Both the position numbers and the translations under genes were made by a program. From Flavobacteriales bacterium (GTDB lineage Bacteria; Bacteroidota; Bacteroidia; Flavobacteriales_F; PHOS-HE28), in contig JANOPI010000575.1 in the NCBI GenBank assembly GCA_031421755.1, forward strand, positions 891-64,890: 64,000 bases of DNA. The letters run 5' to 3'. The notes under the pieces were generated by a model, which was given only the letters and a program-made list of their open reading frames with translations, was not told the DNA's origin and made no database searches. Below, piece after piece: positions 53,009 to 60,534 of this stretch. How positions within the stretch are numbered: the first letter of the stretch is position 1; each line of letters opens with the position of its first letter.

Positions 53009-53747
53009 GCGCAGCACGCGGCGCAGGATCAAGGTTGTGGAGCTGTTCGCGGGCTCATGCACCCTGTCCGAATTGGCCGAGCACAAGCTCGGGATGGAAG
53101 TCCTGAGCACGGACAGCCACCAGTACGGCAAGGTGAAACTGGTAGGTGACCTGCTGGATGACAAGGTGCTACGCGCTATCGTGAAGTTCGCCCCGGATGT
53201 GCTGTGGGCATCATCACCATGCACGGGGTTCAGCATCGCGTCCTGTGGTACCCACTTCCGCATCATGGACGGTGAACGCGTACCGCAGACATCGGAGGCC
53301 GCCATCGGCATGGCGCTCGCGCTCCGCGTGTTCGAGGTGCTGCGTGCGATCAAGAAGAAGCACGGCCACATGCCCGTCTGGTTCATGGAGAACCCCGTGG
53401 GCATGCTGGGCAAGATGAAGTTCATGGATCAGGCCCCGATACGGCACACGGTGACGTACTGCCGCTATGGTCACACGTCCATGAAACCTACCCACATCTG
53501 GACCAACTGCAAAGGCTGGACACCGCGTAATCCATGCCGCAAGGGTGGATGGGGCAAGACCACGATCGACGGTGTAGTGTGGATCCTGGACGAACAGGGC
53601 AACCCGTGCCACCTGGAGGCAAGGCGTGGCCAGAAGTCCGGCACCCAGGGCCTGAGCAATGCACATGACCGCGCCAAGCTGCCCAAGCAGTTGTGCCGTG
53701 AGATCCTGAAGGCCGCTCGTGATCGGGTGTTGGAGCGCCGCAAATAA
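52998..53747 (+). CDS. DNA (cytosine-5) methyltransferase-like
   Basis: Start MTTERSTRRR. Motif I VELFAGSC, motif IV SSPCTGFS, ENV-like FMENPVG. Confidence 0.7.
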   Translation: MTTERSTRRRIKVVELFAGSCTLSELAEHKLGMEVLSTDSHQYGKVKLVGDLLDDKVLRAIVKFAPDVLWASSPCTGFSIASCGTHFRIMDGERVPQTSEAAIGMALALRVFEVLRAIKKKHGHMPVWFMENPVGMLGKMKFMDQAPIRHTVTYCRYGHTSMKPTHIWTNCKGWTPRNPCRKGGWGKTTIDGVVWILDEQGNPCHLEARRGQKSGTQGLSNAHDRAKLPKQLCREILKAARDRVLERRK

Positions 53748-53749
53748 AT

Positions 53750-53792
53750 TTTGCACTTGGTGAAAAGTGCTGTACACTTGTCCCGCCCAGAC
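53750..53792 (+). promoter_or_regulatory. class-B promoter (B5)
   Basis: TTTG(53750)-N19-TACACTTG(53773-53780)-tcccgcccagac, with ATG 53804 exactly 11 nt downstream, as in B1 and B2. Confidence 0.5.
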
Positions 53793-53873
53793 AAGTCAGA
53801 GCGATGCAACCTTCAAAGTCCGATGCCTGTGTGCGGGTTGCTTGCTACATTGTAGGCCCAGCCAGCATGCCAC

Positions 53874-54320
53874 TTGGAACATCTCACGATCACAGCCCAG
53901 TTGATATGGGAGCCCGTGTACACCGGACCGAGCCCACGAGGGAAGCGGTGGAACACGGACGAACCGCAACGCTGGGGCTGTACGCGCGGATACAAGCAGG
54001 CCGGCGTGTACATCATCCGCGAGGACCAGCGCGTGGTGTACGTGGGACTGAGCAAGCAGGACGTGCGCAAGCGTATGTACCGCAAGTTCGAGGTGACCAG
54101 GAACTACCGCTACGATCGGGTGTGCTATCGGGACCGCATCACACTGCACACGTACGAGGTGGCCATCGTGATCGCACCCGACCAGGAGGAGCGCGAGCTG
54201 ATCGAGGCCCACTTGATCGCGCTCTTCAACCCGAGGGACAACAAGCAAACGGAGATCATCGAACTGCTGGAGGTGCCGGAAGAGTTCCGGCGCATTCCGG
54301 ACGAGGATGTGCCGTTCTAA
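53874..54320 (+). CDS. GIY-YIG nuclease-domain protein (start/frame problem)
   Basis: GVYIIREDQRVVYVGLS..E..LI..FNPRDN matches GIY-YIG. The only in-frame starts are TTG 53874 and GTG 53916, and the promoter-proximal ATG 53804 is in another frame. Confidence 0.55.
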   Translation: MEHLTITAQLIWEPVYTGPSPRGKRWNTDEPQRWGCTRGYKQAGVYIIREDQRVVYVGLSKQDVRKRMYRKFEVTRNYRYDRVCYRDRITLHTYEVAIVIAPDQEERELIEAHLIALFNPRDNKQTEIIELLEVPEEFRRIPDEDVPF

Positions 54321-54386
54321 TGCACACTGCTGCGTGAGCCCGAGCGCAGTGGTCAACCAAGGGCACAACCAACAAACAGCACTGCA

Positions 54387-54620
54387 ATGGCAAAGGGACT
54401 GATCTACAAGACGAACGCGACAACCCATGAGCCCGTGATGGACAACGGCAAGATCATGGAGTTCGCCAATGACACCGAAGCGACCGAGTACGCGACGGTG
54501 GACACCAACCGGGGTGATCGCGAGCATGCGATCCTGGACCTGGAGGCGATGAACTGGCAGCTCCTCGCGCCGTACGAGGCCGCGAAGGGCAAGGCCAACG
54601 ACGAGGACGGAAAAGCCTGA
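54387..54620 (+). CDS. hypothetical protein
   Basis: 77-aa ORF. Confidence 0.5.
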   Translation: MAKGLIYKTNATTHEPVMDNGKIMEFANDTEATEYATVDTNRGDREHAILDLEAMNWQLLAPYEAAKGKANDEDGKA

Positions 54621-54708
54621 TGATCCCTTGCTCGTGGCCAGCCCCGTAAGGCTGCGCACGCGAGCACTCCGACCATGAGCCTGATACACATATCGCTGAT
54701 GAGCACCG

Positions 54709-54972
54709 ATGATCTACACGGACGGCATCCACATGGTAGCCACCACGGAGAAGGAACTACACCGCTTCGCCAGTCGGATGGGGATCGGGAGGCACTGGTA
54801 CGAGGGGATAGGCAAGAGGCATCCGCACTACGACCTGCCGAGCAAACGGGTAGCGATGGTGGTGAACCAACCGGAGGTGGAAGTAGTCCACAGCCGGGTG
54901 ATCGTGGTGAGGGCCAAGTGCATGGTGATGGTACCCCGCACGAGCAAGGCCCGGTCTTCACCGACTCCATAG
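54709..54972 (+). CDS. DUF4031-like protein
   Basis: HMVATTEKELHRFASRMGIGRHWYEG..HPHYDLPSKR resembles the DUF4031 pattern (H..sd..eELh.fA..iG..r.W....HYDl). Confidence 0.45.
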   Translation: MIYTDGIHMVATTEKELHRFASRMGIGRHWYEGIGKRHPHYDLPSKRVAMVVNQPEVEVVHSRVIVVRAKCMVMVPRTSKARSSPTP

Positions 54973-55013
54973 CGGAACAGATCCACAAGGCCGGAGGCAC
55001 CGTACAAGCCGGC

Positions 55014-55274
55014 ATGAACAGACAACAGTACCGCGTCAAGCTATTCGAGTTCGGTGCCGGCACCCAGCGTGATGGCCTCGTGGGAGTGCTGGTGATACAT
55101 GCGCACCCTGGATCCTGGGTGGTGTGGGATATCAGCAAGGGCCGCTTCACCACTGATGGTGCGCAACGTGTGGCCATTGGCCGGCACAAGGGGAACAACA
55201 TGCGACTTGCCGCAGTGCAAGCATGCCTGAAGTGGGTGGCCAACCACGTGCCCAAGAACGCCCCAGGGCTATGA
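55014..55274 (+). CDS. hypothetical protein (start uncertain)
   Basis: The distal part of track ORF 54675..55274 looks coding. ATG 55014 or an upstream GTG at 54918 could be the start. Confidence 0.4.
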   Translation: MNRQQYRVKLFEFGAGTQRDGLVGVLVIHAHPGSWVVWDISKGRFTTDGAQRVAIGRHKGNNMRLAAVQACLKWVANHVPKNAPGL

Positions 55275-55366
55275 CCAGGACAACACTGGTGCGCGTGGTG
55301 ATCATCATCGGCTTCGTGGCCTTCATGATCCTCACGCTGTGCCTTTTGCAGCACGCAACGTCATGA
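55271..55366 (+). CDS. 31-aa single-TM micro-protein
   Basis: MTRTTLVRVVIIIGFVAFMILTLCLLQHATS, with ATGA overlaps at both ends (55271-55274 and 55363-55366). Not in the ORF track because it is under 60 aa. Confidence 0.4.
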   Translation: MTRTTLVRVVIIIGFVAFMILTLCLLQHATS

Positions 55367-55773
55367 TCAACAGCATCGAATACAAGGGCTACACCATCCG
55401 CCAGAGCCAAGGTGCCGGCGCAGCGGTGAAGGGCACCAAGAAGACGGCCACCATCCAGGTCCACAAGCGACTTGGCACCGGTACGCAGATGATCTATCAA
55501 ACCGCCTTCAAGGTGGACTGCCCGCCATGCGTGGAGGATGCGGTGAAGCGAGCGAAGGTGTACGTGGACAAGACCACGGACGCGCTCACCGAGTTCGAGC
55601 GTTGCCGTGATGACGTGGGGTACTTCGTGCAGAAGTATTGCACGGTGCCACCGCGCCAGTCCGTAGCACCATCAATACCCAAGGAGCTGGGGCGCAAGGA
55701 CCAACTTGAAAGAATGTACAGTCGGCTCCCGCTGTGGATGCGCATGGACACCCAACTGGTCAAGAAGCCATGA
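55363..55773 (+). CDS. hypothetical protein
   Basis: Start MINSIEYKGYTI (ATGA overlap). Confidence 0.55.
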   Translation: MINSIEYKGYTIRQSQGAGAAVKGTKKTATIQVHKRLGTGTQMIYQTAFKVDCPPCVEDAVKRAKVYVDKTTDALTEFERCRDDVGYFVQKYCTVPPRQSVAPSIPKELGRKDQLERMYSRLPLWMRMDTQLVKKP

Positions 55774-56165
55774 AGCGTGAAACAGACAACGAGATGTTCG
55801 ACCGCATCATGGCCGAGCGCAACAAGGAACTGAGCTTGCCCCTTCCGTTCTTCGAGTACGTGACCACGGACAGCAAGCAGGCCCGCACCTTCCGCGTGGA
55901 TGATGTAGCGCGTATCATCTGGAGCGACACCACGATGGTGGCCACCGTACACCTGCGCAGCGGTGATGTGGAACAGCTCGGACCAGGAGCGTACCACAAA
56001 CTGCGCTACGGGATAGCTGCACACTTCAAGGTGGATGTGATGGCTGTGGACAAGGTGACGAGTGAAAGGCCAGAGCTACCGGACCGCGTGCCTGATGATG
56101 GTGGACTGGTCAAGCATCCGAGAGGGTGCATGTGTTCCAAGTGCATAGACAAGCACGCGCGGTGA
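55770..56165 (+). CDS. hypothetical protein
   Basis: Start MKRETDNEMF (ATGA overlap). Confidence 0.55.
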   Translation: MKRETDNEMFDRIMAERNKELSLPLPFFEYVTTDSKQARTFRVDDVARIIWSDTTMVATVHLRSGDVEQLGPGAYHKLRYGIAAHFKVDVMAVDKVTSERPELPDRVPDDGGLVKHPRGCMCSKCIDKHAR

Positions 56166-56371
56166 GCATTTACGAGCTGGTGCTGAGAGAAACCCGTGAC
56201 CTGTTGAAGAACCAGGATATCACGATGGTGGATGTGCTTGTGGCTGTGGCCAGCAAGGAGAAGGCGGAGCTGTCCCTCGATAACACGATGGTGATGGTGT
56301 ACCTGGAACTGAGCCAGCTATACGTGCTCGTGTTCAAGCAGCATGACCGGCGGCCACCATTCGACGCATGA
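56162..56371 (+). CDS. hypothetical protein
   Basis: GTG 56162 forms a GTGA overlap (VSIYELVLRETRD..). Confidence 0.4.
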   Translation: MSIYELVLRETRDLLKNQDITMVDVLVAVASKEKAELSLDNTMVMVYLELSQLYVLVFKQHDRRPPFDA

Positions 56372-56384
56372 TAACAGGATAACC

Positions 56385-56771
56385 ATGCACGTGTTCGATA
56401 GCCCATGTAAGAATTGCCTGTTCTCAAAGGACAGGATAGTGTCACCCCAGAGGATGAAGAACATCGTGCAAGGTTGTATCGATGAAGGCAAGCATTTCAT
56501 CTGTCACGTCTCGTCGATGGATGATACACCGGGTGAAGGCAATACAATGTGCCACGGGTTCCACGAGAAAATGGTGGATCGTATACCAGGGCTGGCCTTA
56601 TTGAAGCGGATGGGTTTGATCTTCAAACGACCGCAGCCACCATCCAGTAAGCTCATGCCGTGGCGTGAGATGGGCAGGGAGACGCGTGTGGCGAAGAGAA
56701 AAGCGTTGGTGGGTAATGGTGTTGAAACACCGACGCAGCGGCGGTTGAGAATGAGCACGAGCGAACGGTGA
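56385..56771 (+). CDS. hypothetical Cys/His-rich protein
   Basis: Start MHVFDSPCKNCLF..HFICHV..MCHGFH. AT-richer local composition. Confidence 0.5.
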   Translation: MHVFDSPCKNCLFSKDRIVSPQRMKNIVQGCIDEGKHFICHVSSMDDTPGEGNTMCHGFHEKMVDRIPGLALLKRMGLIFKRPQPPSSKLMPWREMGRETRVAKRKALVGNGVETPTQRRLRMSTSER

Positions 56772-56791
56772 GCCCCGTTTCGCATGCCGCC

Positions 56792-56800
56792 AAGTGACTT
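56792..56800. repeat. AAGTSACTT palindrome copy (cAAGTGACTTg), intergenic
   Basis: Read directly, at the left edge of the 330-bp spacer. Confidence 0.9.
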
Positions 56801-56841
56801 GACCGAGGAAAAGATGGCTGGTGTTTGGAAGTGTCGATCCG

Positions 56842-56869
56842 CTGCCCTATAATTGACATTATAGGGCAG
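56842..56869. promoter_or_regulatory. perfect 12-bp inverted repeat CTGCCCTATAAT-tgac-ATTATAGGGCAG
   Basis: Read directly. It contains TATAAT (56848-56853) abutting TTGACA (56853-58). The CCCTATA core is shared with the class-A cassettes. Confidence 0.7.
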
Positions 56870-57013
56870 GCACGTAATGGGGGCAAGAGCGGGCAAGCTG
56901 GCCCTCTGTCCGGTTCCAAGCGGCCCCGGCACCGGTGGCACCCGAAGCACGGCCCCGAACGCGTTACAGTGGCCCTGGTGCCCATGTGCCGAAAGTCACC
57001 GTCCGAGCTGGTC

Positions 57014-57022
57014 AAGTGACTT
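57014..57022. repeat. AAGTSACTT palindrome copy (tcAAGTGACTTt), intergenic
   Basis: Read directly, about 30 nt upstream of the -33 TTG of cassette A1. Confidence 0.9.
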
Positions 57023-57032
57023 TTTCGCCCCC

Positions 57033-57103
57033 TAACGTTCCGTCACTTCGTTCTTGACCGGGTATATAGACCCTATATATTTGCCCCATCAACAACCTAC
57101 CAC
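57033..57103 (+). promoter_or_regulatory. class-A promoter+leader cassette A1
   Basis: TTG(57054)-N19-TATATTTG(57076-57083), palindrome TATATAG-acc-CTATATA, CA-rich leader to ATG 57104. Confidence 0.6.
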
Positions 57104-57508
57104 ATGAACAAGTTCACGACCGTACACAGCTCCGGAGCTATCGCCAACCGGACCAGCAAGAACCGCACGTACACGCATGCCGTGTGGCTTACCCGTAGCC
57201 CCGAGATGGTGCGCGCCGAAGCGGAGCGGAACATCGGCATGCAACGCGCCGAACTGGTGCGCCTGACGCATGAGCTGGAGCATGGGGGATCCAGCGTAAC
57301 GCGCCACGGTGTGGACAAGATCAAGGAGTTCGTGGAACATTACCGGGCAAGCATCGCAAAGAACGAAGCACGCATCGCCAACCCCACACCGGAGAGTTGG
57401 TGCTACGGGTGGAGCGGTTCCAAGCTGTTGGCCGAAAGGAAGGCCACACCCATGGCCCGCTGCGGGTTCGGTACTGAGATCACAGAGGCCATCCTGCACA
57501 ACGCTTGA
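57104..57508 (+). CDS. hypothetical protein
   Basis: 134-aa ORF directly after A1. Confidence 0.6.
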   Translation: MNKFTTVHSSGAIANRTSKNRTYTHAVWLTRSPEMVRAEAERNIGMQRAELVRLTHELEHGGSSVTRHGVDKIKEFVEHYRASIAKNEARIANPTPESWCYGWSGSKLLAERKATPMARCGFGTEITEAILHNA

Positions 57509-57512
57509 ACCC

Positions 57513-57794
57513 ATGGGAACAACGAACAAGGCACCCCTCACCGGACACGCTGACGGGTGCAACTACTGGAAGGCGGGCATGAAGCCTTGCAACTGTGGCT
57601 ACAGCGAAGTGCTGGCCACGGTGACGGATGAAGAGATCGCAGCGGCCCGCGCTATCACCTCTGGGCTCACCGTGGGCAATGCTATGGACGCTGCGGTGAG
57701 GATGCGCCCCGAAGAGAAACGTTGTGCGTGTGGGCTGACCATGGCCGCCTGTGCCATGGATGACTGCCCGAGCGACTGTGATCCGTACGCCTAA
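57513..57794 (+). CDS. hypothetical Cys-rich protein
   Basis: Start MGTTNKAPLTGHADGCNYW..CNCG..CACG..CAMDDCPSDC. Its TAA stop lies inside cassette A2. Confidence 0.5.
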   Translation: MGTTNKAPLTGHADGCNYWKAGMKPCNCGYSEVLATVTDEEIAAARAITSGLTVGNAMDAAVRMRPEEKRCACGLTMAACAMDDCPSDCDPYA

Positions 57795-57871
57795 CGGCTC
57801 GTCACTTCGTTCTTGACGGACTATATAGACCCTATATATTTGTCCTGTCAACAACGAACAACACCTGCCAC
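57792..57871 (+). promoter_or_regulatory. class-A cassette A2
   Basis: TTG(57813)-N19-TATATTTG(57835-57842), ATG 57872. Confidence 0.6.
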
Positions 57872-58054
57872 ATGCACACCTTCACACCCGACACCAAGAC
57901 CTGGATCAACGATCACGTGTACGTCCAGACCCTGGATACCACCATCCGCGTGGGGTTCTCCTGGAGCATGGAGGGCGTACAGTTCGACACGATGGAACAG
58001 GCCCACGCCTTCGCCGCCCAGCCCATCGAAGTGATCAAGGCGCTGTTGGCATAA
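57872..58054 (+). CDS. hypothetical protein
   Basis: 60-aa ORF after A2. Confidence 0.5.
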   Translation: MHTFTPDTKTWINDHVYVQTLDTTIRVGFSWSMEGVQFDTMEQAHAFAAQPIEVIKALLA

Positions 58055-58074
58055 CCCGAAACACCTACCACACC

Positions 58075-58329
58075 ATGGAACTGACTGTGAACATACCGGC
58101 CGAACGTGGCCAACGCCTCCAGCACCTGAGCGACTTGCGCCGCTGGATGCACTACAATGTGCCCGTGATCATCGACGGCCAGAAGGCCCGCGCTACCGTG
58201 TACGGTGGCATACCACGCCGCTCGAACGGCCGCCTGTTCTTGCGCGTATGGTTCGGCAAGCAACGCTGGAGCGGATGGACAGGCAAGACTTGGAACAAGG
58301 CCACACTCACCCCGAGCAAAGCCCTTTGA
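58075..58329 (+). CDS. hypothetical basic protein
   Basis: 84-aa ORF. Confidence 0.5.
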   Translation: MELTVNIPAERGQRLQHLSDLRRWMHYNVPVIIDGQKARATVYGGIPRRSNGRLFLRVWFGKQRWSGWTGKTWNKATLTPSKAL

Positions 58330-58332
58330 GCT

Positions 58333-58848
58333 ATGAACATCGCACACACCGCCGAAGACCTGGGCCTCCTGGGGATCAAGTACCAGGACCACGGGCTGAA
58401 GATCGAGGCCATCAAGGAGGGGGATCTGTTCCTCACCACGCTGTACCAACTGGGCCGACAGACGCACCAGTGGAACGCGCTGACCCATGACGGGCACCGC
58501 CGGCGCATCGAGTGGGCGCTGAAGTACATCGTGCCCCTGGTGGAAGTCGTGGAGCGCGCCAAGTCACTTGCCGTGCATACCGTGCTCGGGTTCACCTTCG
58601 AGCAGTTCACCATTTACACCTGGGAAGGTGTGACCCGGTACCACCGCAGCAACGCGCTCACCGGTGAGCTGATCGGTGAAGCGGACAACAGCACCGAGGA
58701 CGTGGAGGACCATTGGAGCACCCTGCCCAACTACACACCGCACACCGTGGAGTTCCGCATGAGCAGCAAGGTGTTCCCCGGCGTGGTGGTCCGTTGCACC
58801 CTGCGCGAGCTGGTGGAGTATGGCGAACAAGCGAGCATCGGGCTATGA
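58333..58848 (+). CDS. hypothetical protein
   Basis: 171-aa ORF. Confidence 0.55.
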   Translation: MNIAHTAEDLGLLGIKYQDHGLKIEAIKEGDLFLTTLYQLGRQTHQWNALTHDGHRRRIEWALKYIVPLVEVVERAKSLAVHTVLGFTFEQFTIYTWEGVTRYHRSNALTGELIGEADNSTEDVEDHWSTLPNYTPHTVEFRMSSKVFPGVVVRCTLRELVEYGEQASIGL

Positions 58849-59468
58849 GGCGACCGCGTGCCCTGGACCTGTTCTCCGGTGCCGGTGGTGCTGGTATGGG
58901 CCTACATAGGGCTGGGTATGATGTGACCGGGGTGGACATTGCACCGCAGCGCAACTACCCCTTCACCTTCGTGCAAGCTGATGCCTTGACAGTGGACCTA
59001 TCGTCCTACGCCTTCGTGTGGGCATCACCACCCTGCCAACGTCACAGCCGCATGTCTGCCTGCCGTGTGGGACTACGGGACAAGTATCCGGACCTGATCG
59101 CCGTCATGCGTGAGAAGCTGGAACGTTGGGGCGGGCCTTACATCATCGAGAACGTGATGGGTGCCCCATTGATAGACCCCGTGATGCTGTGCGGTGCCAT
59201 GTTCGGCCTGGAAACCTACCGGCATCGGATCTTTGAGAGCAACTATCAACTGAAGGTGCCATCGCACCCACCGCATGCGGTACCCACCAGCAAGGCGGGT
59301 CACTGGGTGCCTGGAACGTTCATAAGCGTAGCGGGCAACTGTGCTCCCATGTCCTTGGCTCGTGCGGCTATGGGCATCGACTGGACCACGAGGGCGGAAC
59401 TGGTTGAGGCCATCCCGCCCGCGTTCAGTGAACACCTGGGCAGGCAGATGATCCGCTTGCATCGCTGA
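58845..59468 (+). CDS. DNA (cytosine-5) methyltransferase
   Basis: Start MRRPRALDLFSGAGGAGMG (motif I). ASPPCQRHS is motif IV and YIIENVMGA is motif VI. ATGA overlap upstream. Confidence 0.75.
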   Translation: MRRPRALDLFSGAGGAGMGLHRAGYDVTGVDIAPQRNYPFTFVQADALTVDLSSYAFVWASPPCQRHSRMSACRVGLRDKYPDLIAVMREKLERWGGPYIIENVMGAPLIDPVMLCGAMFGLETYRHRIFESNYQLKVPSHPPHAVPTSKAGHWVPGTFISVAGNCAPMSLARAAMGIDWTTRAELVEAIPPAFSEHLGRQMIRLHR

Positions 59469-59474
59469 CCGGTC

Positions 59475-59555
59475 TAACGGCTTGTCACTTCCCTCTTGAC
59501 GGAATATATAGACCCTATATATTTGTCCCGTCAACAACGAACAACACCTACCACA
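59475..59555 (+). promoter_or_regulatory. class-A cassette A3
   Basis: TTG(59496)-N19-TATATTTG(59518-59525). The outer arms TTGACGG/CCGTCAA are perfect. ATG 59556. Confidence 0.6.
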
Positions 59556-59963
59556 ATGGCAACCAACGCGACTATCAACGGGATCGAGATCACGGTACTG
59601 TCCGGCACCTTCGGTGACATCCACCAGGGTGTGACGGTGAACGCCGGCGGCACCGAAGTGTACATCGGCAACTTCCACGGCAACGTGCTGTGCGACATGC
59701 GCGCCAAGGTCACCCACCTGGGCACTTACAAACTGAAGCCTGCCCATAGCGTGATCGGAAAGTGTCCGACCGTGGTAACGGTGTCCGTGAAGAACGCGGC
59801 CGCGCGGGTTCGCCGCTTCAGCCCAGGACGCAGCTACGAGGGCGGGTTCATCGAAGCCCTGGCCAACTACAAGTCCGCCAAGGTGAAGGCCGCGATCGAG
59901 TACGCCCGTATGGTGATGGGTGGCCTGCACGATGGCCGGATGATCCCCCACATGCCCAACTGA
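59556..59963 (+). CDS. hypothetical protein
   Basis: Start MATNATINGIEI after A3. The track start 59496 lies inside the repeat. Confidence 0.55.
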   Translation: MATNATINGIEITVLSGTFGDIHQGVTVNAGGTEVYIGNFHGNVLCDMRAKVTHLGTYKLKPAHSVIGKCPTVVTVSVKNAAARVRRFSPGRSYEGGFIEALANYKSAKVKAAIEYARMVMGGLHDGRMIPHMPN

Positions 59964-59970
59964 TCGCACC

Positions 59971-60177
59971 ATGGCCTTCCTCAAAAGCAAGGAGTTCTAT
60001 GAGCTGCTGGACCAGTTCGAGCGCGACTACAAGACCCACGGCTACACCCGCCTGGAACGTGAACAGGACAAGACGTACTGGGAGCGCGGGATCTACTTCC
60101 AACACGGTGACACCAACCTCGCTTTCAAGTGGTACCTGATGGGATACCAGACCGCGAAGAACATCTACCAACCATGA
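59971..60177 (+). CDS. hypothetical protein
   Basis: 68-aa ORF. Confidence 0.5.
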   Translation: MAFLKSKEFYELLDQFERDYKTHGYTRLEREQDKTYWERGIYFQHGDTNLAFKWYLMGYQTAKNIYQP

Positions 60178-60455
60178 ACACCGCAGACATCCGTACCATG
60201 GTGGAACGCGCCATGAGCCCCCAGCGCATCGATACCCGCCATGGGTTGCAATACACCGGCACCCTGCGCGGGGGTGCCTACCGGTTCGCCCTGGCCTATC
60301 TGGTGGACGGGGTGCTATATGATGACCTGGGCTATAAGGTGCGCGGCCGATGGATCACGTACCCCGAGCACGGTGGCCATGGTGTGATCCTGTACACACC
60401 GAACAAGTCCGGCACCCAGGAGCACCACTGGGCCGGCGTGAAAGAGCGCACCTAA
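60174..60455 (+). CDS. hypothetical protein
   Basis: Start MNTADIRTMV (ATGA overlap). Its TAA stop lies inside cassette A4. Confidence 0.5.
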   Translation: MNTADIRTMVERAMSPQRIDTRHGLQYTGTLRGGAYRFALAYLVDGVLYDDLGYKVRGRWITYPEHGGHGVILYTPNKSGTQEHHWAGVKERT

Positions 60456-60534
60456 CCGCTTGTCACTTCCCTCTTGACGGGGTATATAGACCCTATATAT
60501 TTGTCCTGTCAACGAACAACGAACACCTACCACG
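60453..60534 (+). promoter_or_regulatory. class-A cassette A4
   Basis: TTG(60474)-N19-TATATTTG(60496-60503), ATG 60535. Confidence 0.6.

Noticed and set aside
53804-54337. A 177-aa ORF starting at the promoter-proximal ATG, taken as the real gene.
   Set aside because: Its translation is Arg/Gly/His-rich and featureless, whereas the overlapping frame has a clear GIY-YIG motif. I kept the ATG-position conflict as a finding instead.
54322-54350. Weak hairpins after 54320 and after 54620, considered as terminators.
   Set aside because: The stems are only 5-6 bp with mismatches and there is no T-tract. They are too weak to call.
56825-57019. A 64-aa basic ORF in the large intergenic spacer.
   Set aside because: It has a TTG start, runs through the 28-bp perfect palindrome and the GC-rich repeats, and lacks the start context seen at other genes. 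The region is more likely non-coding.
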